Source: Minisyncoccota bacterium (GTDB lineage Bacteria; Patescibacteriota; Minisyncoccia; Phycocordibacterales; UBA9973). Taken from it: a stretch of DNA of 64,000 nt. The first letter of the stretch is position 1, and every line of letters starts with the position of its first letter. A program made the translations under genes and the position numbers. Below are positions 10,434 through 20,516 of this stretch, piece after piece. The notes beneath the pieces were generated by a model, which was not told where the DNA came from, ran no database searches, and worked only from the letters and a program-made list of their open reading frames with translations. Location of the stretch: NCBI GenBank assembly GCA_041661005.1, contig JBAZVG010000001.1:295544-359543 (forward strand). Direction: 5' to 3'.

Positions 10434-10491
10434 TTCTGGCATTGTCGAGTTTCGCTTTTCATTTTTACCTTAAAAGTGTATCATAAAAGAC

Positions 10492-11202
10492 ATGAAATTA
10501 CATCGATTCATTGGAGATTTTGACCTATCTCAAAAAGAAGTAGAAATCACAAATCCTGAAAATATCAAACAAATAAAGGATGTTTTGCGTCTCAGAAAAG
10601 ATGAAAAAATTATTCTCTCTGACGGCAAGGGCATGAATGCGGAAGTGATCTTAAACTTGGTATCAAAAAATAAAATTACCGGCGTAGTTGACAAGGTAGA
10701 CAAATCTGTTGATGTTGAAAGTTATGGGAGGAAAAGAAAAGTAAACTTATATCTGGCAATCTTGAAAAAAGAAAATTTCGAGTTCGCGGTGCAAAAATCC
10801 GTCGAAGCTGGAGTCCACAGGATCATTCCAATAATCACGGAACGAACGATAAAGACCGGACTAAATTTCCCGCGCTTGGAAAAAATAATGATTGAAGCCA
10901 GTGAACAATCGGGCAGAAGCATTATATCCGTCTTGTCCCCCATTATGAATTTCAAAGACGCGCTTGCCGATGGGATAAACAATGAAGAAAAAGTAATTTT
11001 CCATTTAAAAAATAAATTATACGAACCGAATAAAAATGCCGAAAGTATCGGCATTTTCGTCGGGCCAGAAGGAGGATTTACAGAAAAAGAAATTTCTCTA
11101 GCAAAAGAAGCTGGTTATATTCCAATGTCTTTAGGATCCCTCACTCTGCGTGCCGAAACAGCCGCCATCATCGCGACTTACAGAACAGCCAAGGGCATCT
11201 AG
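10492..11202 (+). CDS. rsmE: 16S rRNA m3U1498 methyltransferase RsmE
   Basis: VLRL, EASEQSGR, VGPEGGFT, LRAETAA motifs. Confidence 0.95.
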   Translation: MKLHRFIGDFDLSQKEVEITNPENIKQIKDVLRLRKDEKIILSDGKGMNAEVILNLVSKNKITGVVDKVDKSVDVESYGRKRKVNLYLAILKKENFEFAVQKSVEAGVHRIIPIITERTIKTGLNFPRLEKIMIEASEQSGRSIISVLSPIMNFKDALADGINNEEKVIFHLKNKLYEPNKNAESIGIFVGPEGGFTEKEISLAKEAGYIPMSLGSLTLRAETAAIIATYRTAKGI

Positions 11203-11267
11203 AATAAAATTACACGATCGTATTATTTTATACTTTTACATATTTACGCCATGGATGATATATGTAT

Positions 11268-12959
11268 TCAGTAAACTTCCTGCTGGTAGCATTTTTCGCA
11301 ATACACTATCTCTGGACGGCCCGCTTCGTCGGAGCTTGAGCGAGGCGAGTCAGGGGCATAATTTGTCGTAATTTCCTTCTGACATTTGGCGCAATTACGA
11401 TTCCAGAATTTATATGGACCACGGCGAATGATGCGGTCTTGATGCCGGCAATAAAAACATTTGCGAGGTGTAGGAATATTCATTTTTTTATAAAACAATA
11501 GCTCTTGATTTATAATTTTATAATTTCTGTTACAATCTATGCATCTTAAAATTTCACTAGTGATTGAATCCTGCACATCTTTTATGTGGTCGGGAATATC
11601 TTCTGGTTTCATAGTTTCCTTCCCTTCTGTCTTTTGAATATCGTCTTCCCAGCGAAAACCTTGCGCGATAGCTTCTTCCTTAGTAAGAGGCATATTGTCC
11701 TGCGCAATTGTTTCGTTATAGGCAAATGGCGCAAGTTCGGGTGGAAAATAAAGTCCATACAAATTTTTCTCTTTTAATTCGGAAATAATTCTAGTCCTAA
11801 TCGCTTCATACTCCTCTTTAGTATATCTTTTATTTAAAATTACATATTTTCCATTTCTGACACTATCACAACCAAAGCAATATTCAGAAGAACGTAGGGC
11901 AAAAGAATAATCTACGTCGTGCGATCCGGTACTCCACCATGAACCAATGACATTACTGGAAGTTCCAACAGCAACGCATTCTAATAATAATTCACTTCTT
12001 CTGCCATGACCGATCAAATCATAACAATTCTTGGTGCGTTTGTTTGAAAAAAGAAATTTAGAGTCCTCACAAAAAGATATTTCGTATGAATTATGGCAAT
12101 TCTTTGATTCAAAAATATAATCTCCAGAAACATTTATATTCCTCAGATTGCTGTTTTCTTTTCTAGGAAAACGCATTGAAAACTTTTTAAATTGAGTGCG
12201 AAATTCTTCCATATTTTTGTAACTTCCCATAATTTCTGATATTCTTTTTTGATATTCGTCTCTAGATAATGGTTCATTGAAAAAATGATGTGATTTGTGA
12301 CGCAAATTAACGCAACCAAAGCAATTTTGGCAATCTGAACAATTCAGAAGGAAAGCGGAATCTATACAGTTATCCGCATTTTGCGCCCATATAACTCCAG
12401 AACTTGTATTAACATTTATTGCCTCATAAATCTTTTCGTCTTTGTTTGCATAATACGAATCGAACGCTTCGCGACATGAGATCATCCCTCGAGAATAAGC
12501 GCATTCTTCATTATTAGGACCTGAATTAAAAATAAAATAGCAGTTCTTGTTTCCTCCCGCAAAATTTGTATACTCGCTATTTATATTTGGACCGACATCT
12601 TCGGAAGCAAAAATGCCTGCCTTTGGAACATGAATCATTAATTCTTTCATCTGATCAAAAAAAGGCTTTTGAGGATCATAATCTTCCCCATAAGAAAATG
12701 GGTCCCACTTTTCAGAAAGCCAACAGTCTTTACAATAAACGATATAAGGAGATTTTGGACCATACATTGAGATAGTAGACTTTCCGCACATTCCACAGAC
12801 GCGATTGTAAAGATTTATTTCATTCCTAAAGAGAGCGCGCCACTTAAATCTGCATTCCGGACAATTCACGGGCACTGGCACTTTCATTTTCTCGTAAAAA
12901 GAAAGGTCATCTTTTTCTAAAATGAATTTTTGTTTACATTTTTTACAATCTTGCATCAT
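11268..12959 (-). CDS. Cys-rich repeat protein, paralogue of 8635-10386
   Basis: Same architecture (CPECR, KWDP, FPPELAPFAYNETIAQ, EIVYCEKCY). Confidence 0.85.
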   Translation of the reverse strand: MMQDCKKCKQKFILEKDDLSFYEKMKVPVPVNCPECRFKWRALFRNEINLYNRVCGMCGKSTISMYGPKSPYIVYCKDCWLSEKWDPFSYGEDYDPQKPFFDQMKELMIHVPKAGIFASEDVGPNINSEYTNFAGGNKNCYFIFNSGPNNEECAYSRGMISCREAFDSYYANKDEKIYEAINVNTSSGVIWAQNADNCIDSAFLLNCSDCQNCFGCVNLRHKSHHFFNEPLSRDEYQKRISEIMGSYKNMEEFRTQFKKFSMRFPRKENSNLRNINVSGDYIFESKNCHNSYEISFCEDSKFLFSNKRTKNCYDLIGHGRRSELLLECVAVGTSSNVIGSWWSTGSHDVDYSFALRSSEYCFGCDSVRNGKYVILNKRYTKEEYEAIRTRIISELKEKNLYGLYFPPELAPFAYNETIAQDNMPLTKEEAIAQGFRWEDDIQKTEGKETMKPEDIPDHIKDVQDSITSEILRCIDCNRNYKIINQELLFYKKMNIPTPRKCFYCRHQDRIIRRGPYKFWNRNCAKCQKEITTNYAPDSPRSSSDEAGRPEIVYCEKCYQQEVY

Positions 12960-12962
12960 AGT

Positions 12963-15098
12963 TTATTCCAAAATCTTTCTTAGAACATCTTCCGGCACTT
13001 CCTTGGGTTTTTTGGGAACAGGAGTTGAAACAGGAGCAGGTGTAGGAATTTCAACTTGAGGTTTGGGAACTGGTGCAGGTGTTTGGACAGGTATTTTTTC
13101 TAAAATAAGATTCTTTAAATTATTCATGTCTTCCGAACTAGCAGCGCGATCCCCGCCTTGCCTAGTCGAGGCAGGTTTGGAAGTTACAGATTCCTTCATT
13201 TTATTTTTTAGGGAATCAAGCGATACTGGTGTTTCGACTGGAGCTTGATCAGCCTTAGGCTTACTCACTTGAGGCTCTTTTACCACCGCTTTTAGCGGGG
13301 TCCCTCCATCGGCGGTGATTTTATTTAAAATATCTCTCAAAGCAGTATTTTCTCGAATTCCTGAGGACGGAACGTGAACAGGTTTTACATTTACAGACTT
13401 TGCTGGGCGGTGAGGCACAGACAGAACTCTTTTGATACTTCCAAATATTCCAGGCTTCCCTGCTGGCACAGAAGATTTATCCATGGACTTTTCTATCCTT
13501 TCAGGATATCTCTCCTTTTCCTCACCCTTCGCTCTGTCTTTCTGCTGAAACTCTATACCCAAATCAGCCAATGGCTTGTAAAACGTGGACTCATCATGCC
13601 TGATCTGGTTCTCTGAACCCTTTTCTACTTTTACTTCGCCAGATTTTATTTTCGCTATGCAATCTTTGCAATATACCGCCCTGCCTGAATCAGGCTTGAA
13701 GGGAACCGTCGTTTCTTTTTTACAAAGCGAACAAATAACCGGAAATTTTTCTATATTTCCAGTTCCGCCATCATGATCATTGCCAAGCGACATTCCACTC
13801 CAATCGTTGATTTCTCTCTCCACAACTTCTTTGGATCTGCAATACAACGCGCGTGAAGATTTGATCACTTCTTCCTCTATTTTTTTATCACCAGACTTCA
13901 CCATGGGTGGCAAAGTCTTGGCAGAAAATGGACGGGACGTCACTCCATCAATCATTAATTTCAAATAAACTTTATAGTTAGGCAAATTCACAATGTCCTG
14001 CGGTGTAAATTCTGGATCAAATTCTGATTCAAGAAATTCTGCATCGTCAGAACCAACTCTAAAGACTATCATCGTGCCGACGTTACCGAAAACGGCATCA
14101 CGCACAGCTGAACTCTTTTCTACCACCAGTTGAGCGGTGTATTGGTGTGCCACTGTCAAATTCAATCTGTATTTTCTAGCTTCAGACAAAATGCCGGCAA
14201 AAGCATCTGTGACGAAATTTTGAAATTCATCCACATACAAATAAAAATCTCGGCGATTCTCTTCGGGAATACGCACACGCTCCATGGCAGCCAGCTGGAT
14301 TTTGGTAATAATCATTCCTCCGAGTAGGCCAGAGTTGTCTTCGCCAATGCGTCCTTTGGAAACGTTCACCAAGAAAATCTTGCCCTCATTCATCATGTCG
14401 AAAATATTTATCGTGCTTTTAGACTGACCGACGACATTGCGGATGATGGAAGTGGAAAGAAACTGCCCGACTTTATTTTGGATCGGCGCAATCGCTTCAT
14501 TTCGGAATTTATCTTGCCAAATTTCATATTCATGCACCCAGAAAGCCTTGATGACGGGATCTTTTAAATTAGAAATTATTTTCTGACGGTAATCTTTATC
14601 TACCAGCAGTCGGGGAATTCCGAGAAGCGTCGTGCCGGGGGTGTCGAGAAGCGCCAAAATCGCGTTGTTTAAAATATATTCCATTCGAGCACTCCAAGCA
14701 TTCGCCCAAATTTTAGTAAAAATACCCATGAGTCCCGAAGCCACCAAATGCTTGTATTGCGGATCAATCAATTCCAAAACATTGAATCCGATATGATGAT
14801 CGGCATCAGCTGGATTAAAATAGACAACATCTTTGATACGCTCTGGCGGAATAGCCGACAGAACCGCCTCAACATTTTCTCCATGCGGGTCAACCATGCA
14901 AACTCCGTCGCCATTTTTGATGTTCTGAATAATCATATTGAACATCAAGACCGATTTACCGGTACCGGACTTTCCGAGAATATAAACATGCTGACGCCTG
15001 TCTTTGCGCTTGATGCCAAAAAGCTGATTCTTGTCACGATAAGTTGAAAGACCAAGATATGTAATTTCTTTATTTATTGGTATTTCTGGAAAATCCAT
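12963..15098 (-). CDS. VirD4/TraD/HerA-like ATPase with CxxC-x17-CxxC domain and low-complexity tail
   Basis: GKSGTGKS, VDPHGE, LYVDEFQN, SEARKY; CSLC-17aa-CKDC. Confidence 0.88.
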   Translation of the reverse strand: MDFPEIPINKEITYLGLSTYRDKNQLFGIKRKDRRQHVYILGKSGTGKSVLMFNMIIQNIKNGDGVCMVDPHGENVEAVLSAIPPERIKDVVYFNPADADHHIGFNVLELIDPQYKHLVASGLMGIFTKIWANAWSARMEYILNNAILALLDTPGTTLLGIPRLLVDKDYRQKIISNLKDPVIKAFWVHEYEIWQDKFRNEAIAPIQNKVGQFLSTSIIRNVVGQSKSTINIFDMMNEGKIFLVNVSKGRIGEDNSGLLGGMIITKIQLAAMERVRIPEENRRDFYLYVDEFQNFVTDAFAGILSEARKYRLNLTVAHQYTAQLVVEKSSAVRDAVFGNVGTMIVFRVGSDDAEFLESEFDPEFTPQDIVNLPNYKVYLKLMIDGVTSRPFSAKTLPPMVKSGDKKIEEEVIKSSRALYCRSKEVVEREINDWSGMSLGNDHDGGTGNIEKFPVICSLCKKETTVPFKPDSGRAVYCKDCIAKIKSGEVKVEKGSENQIRHDESTFYKPLADLGIEFQQKDRAKGEEKERYPERIEKSMDKSSVPAGKPGIFGSIKRVLSVPHRPAKSVNVKPVHVPSSGIRENTALRDILNKITADGGTPLKAVVKEPQVSKPKADQAPVETPVSLDSLKNKMKESVTSKPASTRQGGDRAASSEDMNNLKNLILEKIPVQTPAPVPKPQVEIPTPAPVSTPVPKKPKEVPEDVLRKILE

Positions 15099-15124
15099 AC
15101 GATACTATTTTACCCCTTTTTAGT

Positions 15125-15412
15125 TTATTTCTCCAGTTTTTTATACAAAGTTCCTGTGATTGTGAGAATTACTAGTCCGGCTACGAGTAAATACCAAGGA
15201 TTTAAGTCCAACAATCCAAAATCTTTCATTAATCCTTTCAATCCTTCGTGTACTGTCATTACGCCAAAAAGTATCAGAAGTCCGAAAGTGATAGGGTACT
15301 TGCTTAGAACTGCCTGGGTACGCGGAGCTACTGTTTGATTTATCTTATTGGATAAATCTTCAATATGTTTTAGCATATCCAAATTTATTCTTTTTTCTTC
15401 TTGTTCGTTCAT
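15125..15412 (-). CDS. Small 2-TM hypothetical protein
   Basis: Two hydrophobic segments; C-terminal TGTLYKKL. Confidence 0.75.
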   Translation of the reverse strand: MNEQEEKRINLDMLKHIEDLSNKINQTVAPRTQAVLSKYPITFGLLILFGVMTVHEGLKGLMKDFGLLDLNPWYLLVAGLVILTITGTLYKKLEK

Positions 15413-15428
15413 ACGATAATAAATTTTT

Positions 15429-15466
15429 TAGTTACGTAATGTATTACGTAATACATTACGTAACTA
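15429..15466. repeat. Perfect 38-bp palindrome containing three TTACGTAA octamers
   Basis: TAGTTACGTAATGTATTACGTAATACATTACGTAACTA. Confidence 0.9.
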
Positions 15467-15501
15467 TTTTACAATAAAATAGCAAAAACTAAAAGCCCAG
15501 A

Positions 15502-15942
15502 TTATCTATCATGATCAACCTTGTTCTTATTTATTATTCCGACTGCCCTCGAAATAATTTTATACTTTGCTTTCAGTTCTTCAAACTTTTCAGGAGAAAT
15601 ATTTGTTTCCTTTTTTAAAGCGTTCAGCTTCTCAACAATAGGAATAAGCGCAAGTCTTGCTGGTTCTCGTACGGGATGCTTCGGTGCGTCTGCTGGCGTT
15701 AGATCAATAATAGAATTTAATTCCGCAAGAGAAAATCTGGATTCAAATATACCTACTAAAAACTCAAAGTTAGTAACTTCTTGCGCACAGTCTCTTAAAT
15801 TTTCTGGAGAAATTACTGGCTCAGGATGTCTTGCTAAATAATCTGCCAATCGTTCAGCATCTTCCTTGCCCTGTCTTTCTTTTTCGAGCCGTTTTAGTTG
15901 TTCAGGGCTTGGAGACCCCCCGATATTCATTCCTTCGTTCAT
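15502..15942 (-). CDS. Hypothetical protein
   Basis: 146-aa ORF with genome-typical composition. Confidence 0.7.
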   Translation of the reverse strand: MNEGMNIGGSPSPEQLKRLEKERQGKEDAERLADYLARHPEPVISPENLRDCAQEVTNFEFLVGIFESRFSLAELNSIIDLTPADAPKHPVREPARLALIPIVEKLNALKKETNISPEKFEELKAKYKIISRAVGIINKNKVDHDR

Positions 15943-15986
15943 AATGAAATAATACCATGTTATAGATTTTTTGGTATAATGATCTT

Positions 15987-16271
15987 ATGGGTATAGATTC
16001 AAAAGGTTTTCCAACACCCGAACAAAGAGATCCAACCCCTCAAGACTTTCAGGATTTGGAAATTAAAGTAAGCGGCTTAGGTAGAGGTAATCTTGTTCAT
16101 GAAATTGATTTCCACATGGGCATGTTAAAAAGAGTGTTTGGACTGGAAGACTCTAAGAAAAATCCCTGGCCTGAATATTTACGCAAGGATTGGGATGAGC
16201 ATGTGAGAGAAATTAATATCGTTACCAATAAAATTAAAATGGAACAGGCTAAGGAGAAAGGTTTATTATAA
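15987..16271 (+). CDS. Hypothetical protein
   Basis: 94-aa ORF just after a TATAAT at 15975-15980. Confidence 0.65.
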   Translation: MGIDSKGFPTPEQRDPTPQDFQDLEIKVSGLGRGNLVHEIDFHMGMLKRVFGLEDSKKNPWPEYLRKDWDEHVREINIVTNKIKMEQAKEKGLL

Positions 16272-16391
16272 ATTTCAACCATGAACTAGCAAGAACCGTT
16301 CTTACTAGTTTCCCCTAGTTTTTCAAGTATAAATTCTACTGTTTCTTTCTGTGTGGACATGGTTTTTAATTTTGATAGAAAGACTAAAAAT

Positions 16392-16976
16392 TTATTTATA
16401 CTTAATAAGTAATTTGCCACGATCAATTAAATATTGCATATATACATCTCCGACTTTATTATCTCTCTCATAAAATTCAATTCTGATATTGCGCATTTGT
16501 GTATCAAAATAAATAAAATCTGATTCAAGGGGCTGACCAACTTGCAAAGACCAACAAAATTTATATTGACTATCAGAAAGTTGTCTACACATAATGTCTA
16601 AATACGCTGGTTCATGCTGAGAAATATCTCTTGTTGTGGTATTCCAATGTGTCCAATTAAGTGGGACGGGTAAAAAATTAAGTTTACCCCCATCAGTATA
16701 TGTTAACATTGCTCGCACATCTTTTGCTGGAGCTTTTCCTATATTTTTTACAATTAACCTCTTGTAAATCAGAGCTTCTTCGTGATTTTCTTGCCAAGTT
16801 TCTATTATTTCTACACCACGAATTTTTGGTTTGAAAAAATACTTTTTAATTTGATCACCAAAAATGGCAAGAATGCCTAAAACTAATGTACCTACCACCC
16901 CCCAAAGCGTCCCAGAAATGCCCAAAAAACTATCAATTACTTTCGGGTCGCTGAATGAAAAATAATGAAATGGCAT
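16392..16976 (-). CDS. Hypothetical protein with N-terminal TM anchor
   Basis: One TM segment followed by a beta-rich domain (LIVKNIGKAPAKDV). Confidence 0.7.
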   Translation of the reverse strand: MPFHYFSFSDPKVIDSFLGISGTLWGVVGTLVLGILAIFGDQIKKYFFKPKIRGVEIIETWQENHEEALIYKRLIVKNIGKAPAKDVRAMLTYTDGGKLNFLPVPLNWTHWNTTTRDISQHEPAYLDIMCRQLSDSQYKFCWSLQVGQPLESDFIYFDTQMRNIRIEFYERDNKVGDVYMQYLIDRGKLLIKYK

Positions 16977-16990
16977 ATACGAATTAAAAA

Positions 16991-17614
16991 CTATATTTGT
17001 GCTAATTTTTTTCTTTGCGCAGAAATCTCGCGCAGTTTCTTTTGTTCTTCTTCTGATAACTTATGTCCACGGTTTGGGATGATATCGTTATCTATAAATG
17101 CTTTTGTTAAGTTATCAATTATATGGATCAAGGCCATAAAATCTACTTCTGTTTTTGGTGCATCTTCTATTTTTGTACCACAATGAGCAGGGTTGTGACG
17201 GAATGTCTTAAGTGTTGAATTCAAAGATTGGACATAGGTACGCAGTTCTTTTCGTTTTGAACTTTCGATTTCCAATTCAATAAACACGCTTTCTAGAAAC
17301 TCAGAGGATTTTTCATCATTTAGAAAAGGACTAAATTTACCATATTCAACTGCATCTCGAATTAAATTTTCAGGAACACCCAGAAACGGAGCAATAGATA
17401 TTAGCCATTTCTCAAGTGCTTTATAAGCAGGAGATACTAGAAAGGAATAGTCAGACATTGAAGTATCCGCCTTAAATTGATTTATCAACCTGTATGAATC
17501 CCAAAGCCAATCAAGAATATCTTGATGATTTTCAACTAAAAATGTCTTCGTCTCGTTAGAAATTCTTTGGTATATCGGGTGATCTGGCTTCCATGGAGAT
17601 GTCCATTTAGTCAT
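16991..17614 (-). CDS. HEPN-domain protein, RNase LS (RnlA)-like
   Basis: DYSFLVSPAYKALE and RHNPAH (Rx4H) motifs; ATG at 17614 just after dnaK stop. Confidence 0.6.
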   Translation of the reverse strand: MTKWTSPWKPDHPIYQRISNETKTFLVENHQDILDWLWDSYRLINQFKADTSMSDYSFLVSPAYKALEKWLISIAPFLGVPENLIRDAVEYGKFSPFLNDEKSSEFLESVFIELEIESSKRKELRTYVQSLNSTLKTFRHNPAHCGTKIEDAPKTEVDFMALIHIIDNLTKAFIDNDIIPNRGHKLSEEEQKKLREISAQRKKLAQI

Positions 17615-17636
17615 TGTTGTTTTTATGGTAACTATT

Positions 17637-19568
17637 TTACTTCGCTTCGCTTTCAGGCTTCTCACCTTCTTTGAACTCCGCATCCCGCGCCTGCTCTGAG
17701 CTTGTCGAAGAGTCCTTTACTTCCGCATTTTGTTCTTCTGGAGTCTTTGGGGACTGTGGAGTGGCGCCAGCTTTTGCCATCGCCTCGCCTATTTTAGACA
17801 TTTCAGCGGAAAGCTCTTCAGTTGCCTTCTTGATCGCCTCGCCATCAGTGCCATCTTTGACCCCTCGGAGCGCGGTGATTTTCGCATTCACGCTATCTTT
17901 TAACCCAGCATCTATTTTGTCGCCATTATCTTTCAAAGCTTTTTCGGCGGTGTAAATAATCATCTCCGCAGTATTTTTTACATCCACAACTTCTTTTTTC
18001 TTTTTATCTTCTTCAGCATGAAGTTCCGCATCTTTTTGCATTTTCTTTATGTCTTCATCTTTGAGCCCGGAGCTAGCTTCTATTTTTATTGATTGAGTTT
18101 TGCCGGAAGCTTTGTCTTTTGCAGTCACATTTAAAATTCCATTAGCATCAATGTCAAAAGAAACTTCAACTTGAGGCATACCTCGAGGTGCTGGTGGAAC
18201 TCCGTCTAGAATAAATCGGCCCAAAGATTTGTTATCGGAAGCCATCGGACGCTCTCCTTGGACTATATGGATCTCAACACTAGTCTGATTATCTGCAGCT
18301 GTAGAAAAGACTTGAGATTTAGAAGATGGAATTGTTGTATTTCTTTCAATTAATTTTGTCGCTACTCCTCCCAAAGTTTCAATACCTAAAGAAAGTGGAA
18401 TAACATCAAGCAAGAGCACATCGCGCACATCTCCAGCGAGCACGCCGGCTTGCACCGCAGCGCCGAGTGCGACGACTTCGTCAGGATTGATGGACATATT
18501 TGGCTCTTTACCAAAAAGATTTTTTACCGCAGCCACGATAGCCGGCATTCTGGTCTGTCCACCCACCATGATGATTTCATTTATTTCATTCATCTTGAAT
18601 GGAGAGGCAGCGAGAGCTCGTTTAGTTATTTCAATAGAACGATCAATCAAATCTTTGGTGAGAGATTCCAAAGTAGCGCGAGACATTTTCATAAGCAGAT
18701 GCTTCGGGCCTCCGGCATCTGAAGTGATAAACGGTATATTTATTTCCGCCTCTATAGTAGTAGAAAGTTCATGTTTCGCTTTTTCAGCCGCTTCTCGGAG
18801 TCTCTGATGCGCTAGTGGATCTTTGGTTACATCAATACCAGATTCTTTCTTGTATTCTTCCGCGATCCACTTCACTATCTTTCGATCAATATCACCTCCA
18901 CCCATGTGACTGTCGCCATCGATAGACTTCACTTCTATCACATCCCCGCCTATCTCGAGTACCGACACGTCGAAAGTTCCTCCACCGAAATCATACACCA
19001 CCACTTTCTCATTTTTCTTTTTATCAAATCCATAAGCAAGCGCCGCCGCCGTAGGCTCGTTGATAATGCGTTTTACATCTAGCCCCGCGATAGCGCCAGC
19101 ATCTTTAGTCGCTTTTCTTTGCGCATCATTAAAATATGCAGGCACAGTGATGACAGCTTCGGTTATTTTTTCCCCCAGTTTTGCTTCAACATCCGCTTTT
19201 ATTTTTTGTAAAATCATCGCAGAAATTTCTTCCGGTCGATAAAATTTGTCCATCATTTTGACTTTCACTCCCCCGCCATCCCCTGTTTCAATTTTGAATG
19301 ACGTTGTAGCTTGGTCTTTTTGCACTTCTGGATCATCAAAACGATGCCCCATAAAACGCTTGATTTCCGCGATTGTATTTTCCGAATTGGTTATCGCCTG
19401 ACGTCTCGCGAGAAGTCCGACAATACGATCGCCATTTTTAGCAGTTGCGACCACCGAAGGTGTAGTGCGATTGCCTTCAATATTTTCAATTATCTTCGGC
19501 GCGCCACCTTCGATGATAGCTACCGCTGAATTTGTTGTACCCAAATCTATACCTATTATTTTTGACAT
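17637..19568 (-). CDS. dnaK: Chaperone DnaK
   Basis: [36 protein letters not shown]. Confidence 0.99.
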   Translation of the reverse strand: MSKIIGIDLGTTNSAVAIIEGGAPKIIENIEGNRTTPSVVATAKNGDRIVGLLARRQAITNSENTIAEIKRFMGHRFDDPEVQKDQATTSFKIETGDGGGVKVKMMDKFYRPEEISAMILQKIKADVEAKLGEKITEAVITVPAYFNDAQRKATKDAGAIAGLDVKRIINEPTAAALAYGFDKKKNEKVVVYDFGGGTFDVSVLEIGGDVIEVKSIDGDSHMGGGDIDRKIVKWIAEEYKKESGIDVTKDPLAHQRLREAAEKAKHELSTTIEAEINIPFITSDAGGPKHLLMKMSRATLESLTKDLIDRSIEITKRALAASPFKMNEINEIIMVGGQTRMPAIVAAVKNLFGKEPNMSINPDEVVALGAAVQAGVLAGDVRDVLLLDVIPLSLGIETLGGVATKLIERNTTIPSSKSQVFSTAADNQTSVEIHIVQGERPMASDNKSLGRFILDGVPPAPRGMPQVEVSFDIDANGILNVTAKDKASGKTQSIKIEASSGLKDEDIKKMQKDAELHAEEDKKKKEVVDVKNTAEMIIYTAEKALKDNGDKIDAGLKDSVNAKITALRGVKDGTDGEAIKKATEELSAEMSKIGEAMAKAGATPQSPKTPEEQNAEVKDSSTSSEQARDAEFKEGEKPESEAK

Positions 19569-19600
19569 AACTTTTTTATTTTTATTAATTAATAATTAAT

Positions 19601-19678
19601 TCCCCTCTTGAGGGGTGGCTTTAGCCGGGGTGGATAATTCTTCCACCTCCCCCTACGGGTACTCCTCAAGAGGAGAAT
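19601..19678. repeat. GC-rich palindromic element upstream of dnaK
   Basis: TCCCCTCTTGAGG...CCTCAAGAGGAGA long-range inverted repeat with internal GGTGGA/TCCACC stem. Confidence 0.55.
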
Positions 19679-19771
19679 CTAAATACATTATACAGATACC
19701 TAAATTTTTAGCAAGTTTTTCGTGAACGCGAAATACTTGTCAAAATCCAATATATATTATAGTATATAGTC

Positions 19772-20305
19772 ATGTCAAGGAAAGATGGCTATTCTAATAA
19801 AATATTGAAGATTTTGGGAGAAAAAACGGCTGTTTCCCTATCCGAAATTACAAAACAAATAAAAACAGAGGAGTGTTCCCAGAAACCAGAATATGCTATT
19901 ACACGTTCACTGAAAGGGTTGAAAGATGCTGGATTGATAGAGCAACTGGCTTCCCCGCAGAATGAATACGCGCGCCTTACTAAATTAGGAAGAAGAAAAA
20001 TACATAGTCTTCAATTAGATAGTAATACAACTCTCGTAAATACCACTTGGGATGGATTCTGGAGAATCATTTTACTCGACTTGCCGGAAGACAGAAAAAG
20101 TGAGCGTGAAAGTTTACGCTATCTTTTAAAAAAAGCCGGCTTCGTTTGTCTAAAAAATTCCGCTTGGATTTCCCCCTTCCCTTTTGAACACTTATTCACA
20201 AATATTAAAAAAGATTTGGGCCTTTCGACTGAAATGATAATACTAGTTACAGATAATATTGATGAGGGGTCAAGAAAAGTATTTTTGGAAAGCTTTAGTA
20301 AGTAG
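19772..20305 (+). CDS. PaaX-like transcriptional regulator (wHTH plus Cas2-like domain)
   Basis: LTKLGR wHTH end, WDGFWRIILLDLPE, LRYLLKKAGF, LKNSAWISP. Confidence 0.8.
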   Translation: MSRKDGYSNKILKILGEKTAVSLSEITKQIKTEECSQKPEYAITRSLKGLKDAGLIEQLASPQNEYARLTKLGRRKIHSLQLDSNTTLVNTTWDGFWRIILLDLPEDRKSERESLRYLLKKAGFVCLKNSAWISPFPFEHLFTNIKKDLGLSTEMIILVTDNIDEGSRKVFLESFSK

Positions 20306-20444
20306 ACCTGCCCCGTAGTGAACTCTGCTCTACTACTGGATGAAGAAACAAAAAAGTTTCTATTTGAAACTTTTGAAAAATAAAATTGTAAATATCGGCG
20401 TTAAATGCTATATTTTTTGGAAGAAAGTACATTAAGAATAAATT

Positions 20445-20516
20445 GGCTCTATCGTCTAATAGTTAGGACACAAGCTTCTCAAGTTTGGAATCTGGGTGCG
20501 ATTCCCAGTAGAGTCA
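20445..20516 (+). tRNA. tRNA-Glu (anticodon CTC)
   Basis: GGCTCTA acceptor, D arm, CAAGC-TTCTCAA-GTTTG anticodon arm, T arm, TAGAGTC-A; CCA not encoded. Confidence 0.93.

Noticed and set aside
6416-15098. Conjugative element or ICE
   Set aside because: No relaxase, mating-pair genes, integrase or att sites around the ATPases.
17671-19529. Antisense and alternate-frame ORFs over dnaK and other core genes
   Set aside because: Shadow ORFs of well-supported genes with no independent motifs.
19700-19750. CIRCE element upstream of dnaK
   Set aside because: An imperfect inverted repeat is present but does not match TTAGCACTC-N9-GAGTGCTAA.
19772-20305. Cas2-like domain suggesting CRISPR-Cas
   Set aside because: It has PaaX-type wHTH architecture; no cas1 or other cas genes and no repeat-spacer array in the window.
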